From: Acetobacteraceae bacterium
GTDB lineage: Bacteria > Pseudomonadota > Alphaproteobacteria > Acetobacterales > Acetobacteraceae
Direction of reading: 5' to 3'
Assembly (NCBI GenBank): GCA_027451405.1
Contig: DAIDJM010000024.1
Span: forward strand, 1,411-65,410
Length of the DNA: 64,000 bases
The stretch's first letter is position 1; every line of letters starts with the position of its first letter. The position numbers were made by a program, and so were the translations under genes. Of this stretch, positions 8,907 to 17,631 are shown one piece after another. The notes beneath the pieces are model-generated. The model searched no databases and had not been told where the DNA came from. It worked only from the letters and a program-made list of their open reading frames with translations.

Positions 8907-10178
8907 ATGACTGCGGAAATTGCGATAATAAATCGGCAAGCAATTGCCTTGGCTGCGGACAGCGCTGTAACGACCGGCAAAAAAAAGGTTTGGAAGGGTG
9001 GCAACAAGCTCTTCTCCCTTGGTCCTCATAATGACATTGCGGTCATGATCTATGGGGCTGCTGAGTTTTCTGGATTCCCTTGGGAAACAATCATTAAAAC
9101 CTTTCGAGTCGAGAGAGCATTTGTTGAGTTTGATACCGTTGAGGATTGCGCAACCGATCTGGTGGGCTTTTTGCGGGATAACAGATTCGTTGCTGATGAA
9201 GTTAGTGAGCGCGCGCAGTGGGGACTGATTCTTGACCAAATCGAGGAGATAAAGAGGGATTTACCCGAATACAAGTCGAAGACCGAGTTTCGTAAAGTGT
9301 TGTCCGATGCTTGTCGGAAACGCGCCCAAAAATTACAGCAGGATTTCGTGGAAATCGATTGCGCGCCGACGTTAAAGCAGTTTAGTGACTTATGCTCGGA
9401 TAAAATAATCGGGCCGTTCGCGAGGGAAGTGTTTTCTGAGGTTATAACCGCTCGGCTTTTAAAGGATTTGACGGCTGCAATATATGAGTTTTACCGCAGA
9501 AATGTGGAGTCCGACTTCTCAACGGGAGTTGTCGTCGCGGGCTATGGTAAAAAGGAGTTTTTCGGAAGCGTTTTGACGTATACGGTCGACGGGAAAGACG
9601 AGTTGTGCGTCCGGCAATGGAGATCCTTCGAGCTAAACACCAACGCGGCGGACCAGAGAAAGACCGCAATAATTCCGTTTGCTCAGAAAGATATGTTCCA
9701 GCTTTTTATGGAAGGCATTGCTGCACGCCACGTCACCTTTCTTAATGTTTTGCTTAAGGAAATGCTTGACAGTAAATCTGATGGCCTTGTTAATAGTTAC
9801 GTTATCGACCCAGACGCGAGGGTTGTTGAAGCCGCCCTGCAACGGAAAGACAACGAAACTATCTTGAAAAAATTCCGCGAGGAATTCCGGGACTATCGTT
9901 ATCGGAAAGTCATAGAACCGATAATCGACGTGGTAAGGGCGCTTCCCAAGGAAGATATGGCTGACATGGCACACGCTTTGGTGGAGTTGACCTCTCTAAG
10001 AAGAAAGGTCGGCCCTTCACTGGAGTCGGTTGGGGGTCCGGTTGACGTTGCCGTGATCACGAAGTCTGATGGACTGATCTGGATCAAGCGTAAGCACTAT
10101 TTCGATGTAAAGAATAACCAGGATTTCCTATATAGGAAAGAGACTCGGGCGGGGAGGAACGCGCATGCCAAAGTCTGA
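8907..10178 (+). CDS. Decorated HslV/proteasome-beta-like Ntn (T1-type) peptidase homologue, 423 aa
   Basis: After Met the protein reads TAEIAIINRQAIALAADSAVTTGKKKVWKGGNKLFSL, which places Thr1, Asp17 and Lys33. Later motifs are GVVVAGYGKKEFFGSVLTYTVDG and SVGGPVDVAVITKSDGLIWIKRK. This is a long ORF in AT-richer DNA. An in-frame stop at 8877 excludes an N-terminal extension. Confidence 0.6.
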   Translation: MTAEIAIINRQAIALAADSAVTTGKKKVWKGGNKLFSLGPHNDIAVMIYGAAEFSGFPWETIIKTFRVERAFVEFDTVEDCATDLVGFLRDNRFVADEVSERAQWGLILDQIEEIKRDLPEYKSKTEFRKVLSDACRKRAQKLQQDFVEIDCAPTLKQFSDLCSDKIIGPFAREVFSEVITARLLKDLTAAIYEFYRRNVESDFSTGVVVAGYGKKEFFGSVLTYTVDGKDELCVRQWRSFELNTNAADQRKTAIIPFAQKDMFQLFMEGIAARHVTFLNVLLKEMLDSKSDGLVNSYVIDPDARVVEAALQRKDNETILKKFREEFRDYRYRKVIEPIIDVVRALPKEDMADMAHALVELTSLRRKVGPSLESVGGPVDVAVITKSDGLIWIKRKHYFDVKNNQDFLYRKETRAGRNAHAKV

Positions 10179-10341
10179 GGTAACTTCGCTTGGTCGTTCC
10201 ACGCCCCCAGCGGGAAGCGATGAGCGCATAGCCAACTTTCTCAAGGCCTATAGACTGAGCCCTGAGGCAGATGACCCGGTAATTGATGCCGAGAAGGCGG
10301 CTAAGCGAATCATAGCTGCCGTCGAGGCATGTCGGTCATGA
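10165..10341 (+). CDS. Small 58-aa ORF overlapping the HslV-like gene's 3' end (not on ORF track)
   Basis: ATG at 10165 follows GGGAGG (10152..10157). It overlaps the upstream stop by 14 nt. Product: MPKSEVTSLGRSTPPAGSDERIANFLKAYRLSPEADDPVIDAEKAAKRIIAAVEACRS. Confidence 0.4.
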   Translation: MPKSEVTSLGRSTPPAGSDERIANFLKAYRLSPEADDPVIDAEKAAKRIIAAVEACRS

Positions 10342-10367
10342 TTCGGGGCGTTCCACTCTCATTGTGT

Positions 10368-10428
10368 GGGGTCTGGGGCCTTTCGGCCCCAGTGGGGTCC
10401 AGGGGCAAGGCCCCTGGCCGCCGGAGGC
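10368..10428 (+). repeat. REP-A copy A6 (forward); right boundary of island 1
   Basis: GGGGTCTGGGGCCTTTCGGCCCCAGTGGGGTCCAGGGGCAAGGCCCCTGGCCGCCGGAGGC. Confidence 0.9.
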
Positions 10429-10520
10429 GTGGTGGGGACCCGATGAGGCGGCTTTCGCGTGGCGAGGCGCTGGATTGCCGCGCCGGCTTCCCCGGCTCGC
10501 AATGACGGGGAGGGGCCCCG

Positions 10521-11558
10521 TCAGGCGGCGAGTTTTTGCGCGGCGAACAGTTTCAGGAAGCGGTCCACGTCGGTTTCGGTGGTGGCGAAGCTGGTGACCA
10601 GGCGGATGACGGGGTTGGGGACGCCTTCGACGGCGACCCAGCGGTAGAAGCGGGCGCCGGCGGATTCGAGGGCGGCGATCTGGGGTTCGGGGAGGGTGAG
10701 GAAGAGTTCGTTGGCTTCGACCGGGTGGATCACATGGGGGCCGAGGCCGGCGGCGAGGCGGCCGGCCATGTCGTTGGCCTGGCGGGCGTTGCGGAGCCAG
10801 AGGTCGCTTTCGAGATAGGCGTCGAGCTGGGCCGAGAGGTAGCGCATCTTGGACCAGAGCTGGCCGGCGCGTTTGCGGCGGCGTTCGAAGCCGTCGGCGA
10901 GTTTGGGGTTGAAGAAGATCACCGCCTCGGCGGCGAGCGCGCCGTTTTTGGTCGCGCCGAAGCTCAGCACGTCCACGCCGGCCTCGGGGCCGATGGCGGC
11001 GGGGGGGCAGCCGAGCGTCACGAGCGCGTTGGCGAAGCGGGCGCCGTCCATGTGGAGCGCCAGGCCGTGGCGGCGGCAGGCGGCGGCGATCGCGGCGATT
11101 TCGTCCGGTTGGTAGATCGTGCCCCATTCGGTGGCCTGGGTGAGGCTGACCGCTTCGGGGAGCACGTGGTGGACGCCGCCGTCGCGGGCGCGGGCCATGG
11201 CGGCGTCGATCTGGGCAGGGCGGATCTTGCCGTCGCGCGAGGGGAGCGGGATCAGCTTGGCGCCGCCCATGTAAAATTCGGGGGCGCCGCACTCGTCGGA
11301 GGCGATGTGGGCTTCCTCGGCGCAGAGCACGGCGCCGTAGGGGCGGACGATGGTGGCCAGCGCGAGCGCGTTGGCGGCGGTTCCGGTGGCGACCGGGTGG
11401 GCGATCGCCTGCGGGCCGAACAGCGACGCGATTTTCTCGCGGAAGCGGGCGGTCCAGGAATCGGCGCCGTAGGAGGGGGCGGGGCCGTCGTTGGCGGCGG
11501 CCAGCGCCGCGAGGATTTCCGGGCTCACGGGGGCCGCGTTGTCGGACGTGAAGTTCAT
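10521..11558 (-). CDS. ltaE: Low-specificity L-threonine aldolase
   Basis: MNFTSDNAAPVSPEILAAL..., HMDGARFANA and the PLP-Lys context SFGATKNG. Confidence 0.85.
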   Translation of the reverse strand: MNFTSDNAAPVSPEILAALAAANDGPAPSYGADSWTARFREKIASLFGPQAIAHPVATGTAANALALATIVRPYGAVLCAEEAHIASDECGAPEFYMGGAKLIPLPSRDGKIRPAQIDAAMARARDGGVHHVLPEAVSLTQATEWGTIYQPDEIAAIAAACRRHGLALHMDGARFANALVTLGCPPAAIGPEAGVDVLSFGATKNGALAAEAVIFFNPKLADGFERRRKRAGQLWSKMRYLSAQLDAYLESDLWLRNARQANDMAGRLAAGLGPHVIHPVEANELFLTLPEPQIAALESAGARFYRWVAVEGVPNPVIRLVTSFATTETDVDRFLKLFAAQKLAA

Positions 11559-12313
11559 GGGGTGGCGATACCGAGTACGTCCGTCATCGAGTAGAGGCCT
11601 GGGGCGCGGTTCTGGGTCCAGATGGCCGCGCGGATGGCGCCTTGGGCGAAGATGCGGCGGTCGAAGGCGCGGTGGGTGAGGATGATCTGCTCCTCGGCGG
11701 CGGCGAAGATGACGCTGTGCTCGCCGATTACCTGGCCGCCGCGCAGGCTCGCTATGCCGATTTCGCGACCGCGCTGGCCGGTGCGGTTGGCGTCGGCGAA
11801 GGGGGTGTCGGTCTGGTCGCGGGCGGCGGCGATGGCGCGGGCCAGGGCGAGCGCGGTGCCGGAGGGGGCATCGAGCTTCTGGCGGTGGTGCATTTCGACG
11901 ATTTCGGCGTCGTGGGTGTCGGGCGGGAGGATGCGGGCGGCAGCGGCGGCCAGCGCCAGGAGGAGCGTGACGCCGGGGGAAAAATTGGCGGCCTGGACGA
12001 CGGGGACGCGGTCGGCGGCGTGGTTCACGTCGCGTTGTTCGGCGGGGTCGAGGCCGGTGGTGCCGAGCACCCAGGCGGTGCTGGTGGCGGCGCAGGCGGC
12101 GGCGTGGTCGGGGACGGCGGAGGGGTGGGTGAAGTCGATGAGCACGTCGCAGGCGGCGACCAGGCTCTCGATGCTGCCATAGACGGCGATGCCGTCGGGC
12201 GGGCGCTCGCCGGCGAGCAGGATGCCGCCCGCGAGGGTGGCGCCCGATCCGGGCACGAGCGCGGCGACGCTGCGGCCCATGCGGCCGGCAATTCCGGCGA
12301 TCCCGATGCGCAT
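11555..12313 (-). CDS. dapB: 4-hydroxy-tetrahydrodipicolinate reductase
   Basis: MRIGIAGIAGRMG and EMHHRQKLDAPSGTA. The stop overlaps the ltaE start (ATGA). Confidence 0.9.
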   Translation of the reverse strand: MRIGIAGIAGRMGRSVAALVPGSGATLAGGILLAGERPPDGIAVYGSIESLVAACDVLIDFTHPSAVPDHAAACAATSTAWVLGTTGLDPAEQRDVNHAADRVPVVQAANFSPGVTLLLALAAAAARILPPDTHDAEIVEMHHRQKLDAPSGTALALARAIAAARDQTDTPFADANRTGQRGREIGIASLRGGQVIGEHSVIFAAAEEQIILTHRAFDRRIFAQGAIRAAIWTQNRAPGLYSMTDVLGIATP

Positions 12314-12367
12314 TGCAGGACTATACGATGCCGGGGCGCCCTGCGAAGGCCCCGGATTGTCTGAGGC

Positions 12368-12487
12368 GGAAATCGGGTCTGGTGAGTCGGCTGGCGGTGC
12401 TTCGCGAGCAACGGAGCGGAGCGGCCTCCACGGCCGTGAGCACCGGAGCGCAGCGAAGCGCCGTCAGACGGCCGCCAGACCCGATTT
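12368..12487 (-). repeat. PAL-B copy B2 (reverse orientation relative to B1)
   Basis: Outer arms AAATCGGGTCTGG...CCAGACCCGATTT. Its reverse complement aligns with the B1 core (CTGGCGGCCGTCTGACGGCG...GCGCTCCGGTGCTCACGG...CCGCTCCGCTCCG...CACCGCCAGCCGAC). Confidence 0.85.
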
Positions 12488-12727
12488 ACGACCAGACAAG
12501 GTACGTGGCGGCGTAGCCGGGGGGTGGCTACGCCGCCTTTCGCACCTCGTAAGCGGCACGGGGGGATGGCCGCTCCGTGTGCTGACCCCCATCTGGGCGC
12601 GGGGGGGAAGATTTGCAACTGTCAAGCATGAGCTTCACGGCTCTGTGTCATGACCGTCTCGTGACGCTTTTCGGCAACAGATGCCGTGGCTTGTCAGGGG
12701 AGGGGTTGTGCCCGACAAGGCGCGCCC

Positions 12728-13648
12728 ATGCAGGTTTTCGAGGGCTGGCGCGGACTGCCCGAAGCGGCGCGCGGGGCCACGGTCGCGCTCGGCAATTTCG
12801 ACGGGGTGCATCGCGGACACGCGCATCTGATCCGCAGCGCGCATGCCGCGCGGCCGGACCGGGCGCTGGCGGTGCTGACGTTCGAGCCGCATCCGCGGCG
12901 GGTATTCCGGCCGGACGATCCGCCGTTCCGGCTGACGCTGGCGGGCGAGCGGGCGGCGGCGCTGGCGGGGCTTGGGGTGGCGATCCTCTACCAGCTGCCG
13001 TTCGACCGGGCCTTCTCGGAGCTGAGCGCGGAGGCGTTCGTGGGCGAGGTGCTGCATCGCGGGCTCGGGGCGGCGCATCTGGCCTGCGGGCCGGATTTTG
13101 CGTTCGGGCACCGGCGGGCGGGGGATGTGGGGTTTCTCGCGACGGCGGCGGAGCGGCTCGGGATCGGGCTCACGGTGGTGCCGCCGCTGGCCGATGCGCA
13201 GGGGCCGCTTTCCTCGACGCGCATCCGGCGGGCGCTGCAGGACGGGTATCCGGAGCGGGCCAATGCGGAGCTTGGCCGGGCCTGGAGCATCGCCGGCGTG
13301 GTGGCGGAAGGGGACCGGCGCGGGCGCACGATCGGGTTTCCGACCGCGAATGTGGCGCTGGGCGAACATCTGGAGCCGGCGCGGGGGGTTTATGCCGTGC
13401 GGGTGCGGCTCGGCGACGGGAGTGCGAAGCGCGGGGTCGCGAATATCGGGCGGCGGCCGACGGTCGCGAGCGGGGCGGAGAGCCGGCTGGAAGCGCATCT
13501 GTTCGATTTCGAGGGCGATCTCTACGGGCAGGCGATCGCGGTGGAGCTGCACCGGTTTTTGCGGAGCGAGCGGAAGTTCGAGTCGCTGGAGGCTTTGCGG
13601 GCGCAGATTGCGGTGGATGCGGCAGAGGCGAAGGGTGTTCTTTTTTGA
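12728..13648 (+). CDS. ribF: Bifunctional riboflavin kinase / FAD synthetase
   Basis: ALGNFDGVHRGHAHLI, with GFPTANV in the C-terminal kinase half. ATG at 12728. Confidence 0.9.
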   Translation: MQVFEGWRGLPEAARGATVALGNFDGVHRGHAHLIRSAHAARPDRALAVLTFEPHPRRVFRPDDPPFRLTLAGERAAALAGLGVAILYQLPFDRAFSELSAEAFVGEVLHRGLGAAHLACGPDFAFGHRRAGDVGFLATAAERLGIGLTVVPPLADAQGPLSSTRIRRALQDGYPERANAELGRAWSIAGVVAEGDRRGRTIGFPTANVALGEHLEPARGVYAVRVRLGDGSAKRGVANIGRRPTVASGAESRLEAHLFDFEGDLYGQAIAVELHRFLRSERKFESLEALRAQIAVDAAEAKGVLF

Positions 13649-13785
13649 AAAAAAGAACCAAAAAACTTTTCTCTGTTGGCGCCGTGCCGGCAGCGCCGGT
13701 TTTCGCATGTGACGAGGCGGTGCGGGGTCCGGTGAAAAGCGAAAAGTCTTTTTGCTTCTTTTTCTTCAGAAAAAGAAGATTCTTT
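13637..13785 (+). repeat. ATR-C copy C1 (AT-rich composite hairpin element)
   Basis: Parts in order: hairpin A GTTCTTTTTT-GA-AAAAAAGAAC (its loop holds the ribF stop), CAAAAAACTTTTC, a GC-rich variable core, GAAAAGTCTTTTTG, then hairpin B CTTCTTTTTCTTCAGAAAAAGAAG. Confidence 0.85.
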
Positions 13786-13799
13786 TCTGGAAGTTTTCG

Positions 13800-16553
13800 A
13801 TGAGCGAAACCGACTATCGCGCGACGGTCTTTCTGCCGCGCACCGATTTTCCGATGCGGGGCGAGTTGCCGAAGCGCGAGCCGGCGATGCTGGCGCGTTG
13901 GGAGCGGATGGGGCTGTTCGCGCGGCTGCGCGCGCAGGGCGCGGGGCGGGAGCGGTTCATTCTGCATGATGGGCCGCCTTATGCGAACGGGCATATCCAT
14001 ATTGGTCATGCGCTGAACAAGATCCTCAAGGACGTGATCAATCGCGCGCAGCAGATGGCGGGGCGGGACGCGTATTACGTGCCCGGATGGGATTGCCATG
14101 GGCTGCCGATCGAGTGGCAGATCGAGGAGCAGTATCGGAAGTCGGGGCGCAACAAGGACGAGGTGGCGCTGCTCGATTTCCGCGCCGAGTGCCGCGCGCA
14201 TGCGGAGCGGTGGCTTGGGGTGCAGGCGGCGGAGTTCCAGCGGCTCGGGGTGCTGGGGGACTGGGACCATCGTTACGCGACGATGGATTTTTCCGCCGAG
14301 GCGGCGATCGCGGGGGAGATCGGGCGGTTCGTGCTGAACGGGGCGCTCTATCGGGGCTTGCGGCCGGTGATGTGGAGCGTGGTGGAGAAGACCGCGCTCG
14401 CGGAGGCCGAAGTGGAATATGCGGAGCATCGCAGCACGACGATTTGGGTGCGGTTTGCGGTGGTCACGCCGGGGCATTTCGAGGGCGCATCGGTGGTGAT
14501 CTGGACCACGACGCCCTGGACCATGCCGGGCAACCGGGCGATCGCCTATGGGCCGGAGATCGAATACGCGCTGGTGCGCGTCGATGGGGTGGCGGAGGAG
14601 AGCCTGTCGCGCGTGGGCGAGCGCGTGCTGGTGGCGCTGAAATTGCTGCCCGATTATCTGCGCGATGCGGGGATCACGCTGCATCATGTGGTGCATGTCT
14701 ATCCGGGTGCGGAACTGGCGGGGCTGGTTTGTGCTCATCCGCTGCGCGGGCGGGGCTATGAATTCGACGTGCCGCTGCTCGCGGGGGAGTTCGTCACCAC
14801 CGAGCAGGGCACCGGGTTCGTGCATATGGCGCCGGGGCATGGCGAGGACGATTTCGCGCTCTGCCGCGCACATGGTATCGGCGTGCCGCCGACGGTGGCT
14901 GACGATGGCACCTATGTGAAACAAATTCCGCTGTTCGCGGGGCTGCATGTGTTCCGCGCGGCCGATCCGGTGTGCGCGGCGCTCGCCGAGGCGGGCGGGC
15001 TCGTGGCGCGGGGTGTGCTCGTGCACAGCTACCCGCATTCCTGGCGGTCGAAGGCGCCGCTGATTTTCCGGGCGACGCCGCAATGGTTCATCCGGATGGA
15101 TGGGCCCGAGCGGATCCGGGCGCGGGCGCTCGAGGCGATCGAGGCGACGCGCTTCGTGCCGGAGGCGGCGCGGCGGCGGATCGCGGCCATGGTGGGGCAG
15201 CGGCCGGATTGGTGCATCTCGCGGCAGCGCGCCTGGGGCGTGCCGATTCCGGTGTTCGTGCATCGCGAGACCGGCGAGGTGCTGCGCGATCCGGAGGTGG
15301 TGGCGCGGGTGGTGGCGGCGTTCGAGAGCGAGGGCGCGGATGCGTGGTTTTCCTCGCCGCCTTCGCGCTTCCTGGGCAACGGGCGCGATCCGGAAGATTG
15401 GGAGCAGGTGCGCGACATCGTCGATGTCTGGTTCGAGAGCGGATCGACGCACGCTTTCACGCTGGAGGCGCGCGGGCTGCCCTGGCCTGCCGATCTCTAT
15501 CTCGAAGGGTCCGATCAGCATCGCGGGTGGTTTCAATCCTCGCTGCTCGAGGCGATCGGCTCGCGCGGGGCGGCGCCGTTCCGCGCGGTGCTGACGCACG
15601 GGTTCACGCTCGATGCGCAGGGGCGCAAGATGAGCAAGTCGCTCGGCAACGTGATCGCGCCGCAGAGCGTGATCGACCAGTTTGGTGCCGATATATTGCG
15701 GCTTTGGGTGATGAATACCGATCTCGAGGAGGATCAGCGGATCGGGCCGGAAATTTTGAAACAGCAGGCCGAGCTGTATCGGCGGCTGCGCAACACGCTG
15801 CGCTGGATCCTGGGCGGGCTCGACGGGTTTGCCGAGAGCGAGCGCGTGGCGCATGACGAATTGCCGGGTCTCGAGCGCTATATCCGGCACCGGCTGGCAG
15901 TGCTCGGGGCGGCACTCGCGCGGGCGGTCGCGACGCATGACTGGACCGGGTTCTATCCCGAGCTGCACGCGTTCTGTGCTGCCGATCTCTCGGCCTTCTA
16001 TTTCGATATCCGCAAGGATTCGCTCTATTGCGACCGGCCGGACAGCGTGCGGCGGCGGGCGGTGCGCACGCTGCTCGACGATCTGCATCGCTGTCTCTGC
16101 ACGTGGCTCGCGCCGGTGCTGGTGTTCACGGCGGAAGAGGCCTGGGTCGCGCGGTTCGGGGAGAGTGCCAGCGTGCATCTCGAGCTTTTCCCGGCGATCC
16201 CGGTGGATTGGCACGATCCGGCGATCGAGGCGGAGTGGCGGCGCATCCGCGAGGCCAGGCGCGACGTGACCGGCGCGCTCGAGGCGGCCCGCGAGGCGGG
16301 CACGATCGGGTCGTCGCTGCAGGCGGCGATCGAGATCGGCGGCGAGGCGGGCACGCTGCTGGACGCGGAGCGCTGGGCGGAGGTGGCGATCGTGTCGGGT
16401 GCCACGGTGGATGGCGAGGGGGTGCGGGTGCGGCCGGCGCCGGGGGCGAAATGCGCGCGCTGCTGGCGCGTGCTGCCGGAGGTCGGGGCCGACGCGCTCT
16501 GTCTGCGCTGCGCCGATGCGGTGGCGGCGCTCGGCTGCACGGCGACGGCATGA
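13800..16553 (+). CDS. ileS: Isoleucyl-tRNA synthetase
   Basis: PYANGHIHIGH (HIGH motif), RKMSKS (KMSKS motif) and a C-terminal Cys cluster CARCWRV...CLRC. ATG at 13800. Confidence 0.95.
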   Translation: MSETDYRATVFLPRTDFPMRGELPKREPAMLARWERMGLFARLRAQGAGRERFILHDGPPYANGHIHIGHALNKILKDVINRAQQMAGRDAYYVPGWDCHGLPIEWQIEEQYRKSGRNKDEVALLDFRAECRAHAERWLGVQAAEFQRLGVLGDWDHRYATMDFSAEAAIAGEIGRFVLNGALYRGLRPVMWSVVEKTALAEAEVEYAEHRSTTIWVRFAVVTPGHFEGASVVIWTTTPWTMPGNRAIAYGPEIEYALVRVDGVAEESLSRVGERVLVALKLLPDYLRDAGITLHHVVHVYPGAELAGLVCAHPLRGRGYEFDVPLLAGEFVTTEQGTGFVHMAPGHGEDDFALCRAHGIGVPPTVADDGTYVKQIPLFAGLHVFRAADPVCAALAEAGGLVARGVLVHSYPHSWRSKAPLIFRATPQWFIRMDGPERIRARALEAIEATRFVPEAARRRIAAMVGQRPDWCISRQRAWGVPIPVFVHRETGEVLRDPEVVARVVAAFESEGADAWFSSPPSRFLGNGRDPEDWEQVRDIVDVWFESGSTHAFTLEARGLPWPADLYLEGSDQHRGWFQSSLLEAIGSRGAAPFRAVLTHGFTLDAQGRKMSKSLGNVIAPQSVIDQFGADILRLWVMNTDLEEDQRIGPEILKQQAELYRRLRNTLRWILGGLDGFAESERVAHDELPGLERYIRHRLAVLGAALARAVATHDWTGFYPELHAFCAADLSAFYFDIRKDSLYCDRPDSVRRRAVRTLLDDLHRCLCTWLAPVLVFTAEEAWVARFGESASVHLELFPAIPVDWHDPAIEAEWRRIREARRDVTGALEAAREAGTIGSSLQAAIEIGGEAGTLLDAERWAEVAIVSGATVDGEGVRVRPAPGAKCARCWRVLPEVGADALCLRCADAVAALGCTATA

Positions 16554-17047
16554 CGCAGCGCGGGCGGGTGATCCTTGGGCTCGGGGTGGCCCTCGTGGTG
16601 CTGGCGGCGGACCAGGCGAGCAAGGCCTGGGTGCTGGGCGGGCTCGATCTCGCCGGACGGTTCGATGTGCCGGTGATTCCGCGGCTGCTCGATCTGACAC
16701 TGGTGTGGAATCACGGGGTGACGTTCGGGCTGCTGCAGGCGGGCAGTTTCTGGGGCGAAATGGGGCTGGCGGCGATCGCAATCGCGGTGGTGGTGGCGCT
16801 GCTCGCCTGGCTGCGGCGCGCCGAGGCGGCTTGGGTGGCGGCGGCGATCGGCGCGATCGCCGGGGGCGCGCTCGGCAATGTGGCGGACCGGTTCCGGTTC
16901 GGGCGGGTGGTGGATTTCCTGCATCTGCACTGGGGCGCCTGGGACCCGTTTCCGTATGTGTTCAATGTCGGGGATTCGGCGATCGTCATCGGGGTCGCGG
17001 TGTTGCTGCTGGAAGGGATGGTGAGCGGGCGGCGGGCGGCGGGCTGA
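16550..17047 (+). CDS. lspA: Lipoprotein signal peptidase II
   Basis: The ATG overlaps the ileS stop (ATGA). Motifs VWNHGVTFG, GNVADR and FNVGDSAI are present. Confidence 0.9.
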   Translation: MTQRGRVILGLGVALVVLAADQASKAWVLGGLDLAGRFDVPVIPRLLDLTLVWNHGVTFGLLQAGSFWGEMGLAAIAIAVVVALLAWLRRAEAAWVAAAIGAIAGGALGNVADRFRFGRVVDFLHLHWGAWDPFPYVFNVGDSAIVIGVAVLLLEGMVSGRRAAG

Positions 17048-17088
17048 ACGCTTGCGGGGATTTGACCCGAGGCAGTAAGAGCCCGGGG

Positions 17089-17631
17089 ATGCGCCGCCTG
17101 GGATTCTGCCTGGTTCTGCCGATGCTGCTTGCCGCGTGCGGGGGCGATCTCGATCGCACGTTCGGGCTCACGCGCGACGTGCCGGACGAGTTCACGGTGA
17201 CCACGCGCGCGCCGCTCTCGATGCCGCCGGATTACACGCTCTCGCCGCCGCGGCCGGGGGCGCCGCGGCCGCAGGAGATGACGGCGCAGCAGGCGGCCGA
17301 AGCGGCGCTGGCGCCCGATACCGCGCTCACCAGCACCGCCGGGCCCGAGAGCGCCGGGCAGCAGGCGCTGGTGGCGCAGGCGGGTCCGCCGGCGCCGGCC
17401 AATATCCGCGACCAGGTGAATGCGGAAGTGCAGCTCGACCGGCCGCGCCAGGGCTTCACGCAGCAACTGATGTTCTGGCAGTCGCCGCCGCCGGCCGGCA
17501 CGCTGCTCGATCCGGCCAAAGAGGCCGAGCGGCTGCGCGAGGACGCGGCGCTCGGGCAGCCGCCGACCGTGGGCGAGACGCCGATCATTCAGCCGAAAAA
17601 GAATACCGGCGGCATTCTCGGGATTTTCTAG
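17089..17631 (+). CDS. Lipoprotein, DUF3035-like
   Basis: MRRLGFCLVLPMLLAACGG (lipobox), then RDVPDEFTVTTRAPLSMPPDY. Confidence 0.7.
   Translation: MRRLGFCLVLPMLLAACGGDLDRTFGLTRDVPDEFTVTTRAPLSMPPDYTLSPPRPGAPRPQEMTAQQAAEAALAPDTALTSTAGPESAGQQALVAQAGPPAPANIRDQVNAEVQLDRPRQGFTQQLMFWQSPPPAGTLLDPAKEAERLREDAALGQPPTVGETPIIQPKKNTGGILGIF

Larger units (their letters stand above)
8725..10428. mobile_element. Candidate REP-bracketed cargo island 1 (inverted REP-A pair A5/A6 around ~1.6 kb of low-GC DNA)
   Basis: The reverse copy and forward copy have their GGGGTCTGGGGCC ends facing inward, as in the empty doublets. Interior 60-nt spot counts are 42-50% GC against 73% in ptsI. No transposase gene is present. 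Confidence 0.35.

Noticed and set aside
8871-9974. Antisense ORFs inside the low-GC island (8871..9239, 9050..9274, 9442..9669, 9633..9974, minus strand).
   Set aside because: They are short and mutually overlapping, and all lie antisense to a single uninterrupted 423-codon plus-strand ORF that carries coherent protein motifs. In AT-richer DNA a 1.27-kb open frame is unlikely by chance, while ~100-codon ones are not.
13649-13799. A T-box or other riboswitch leader upstream of ileS, or an FMN element near ribF.
   Set aside because: The whole ribF-ileS spacer is accounted for by ATR-C copy C1. I saw no T-box specifier or antiterminator motifs and no FMN-riboswitch motifs.
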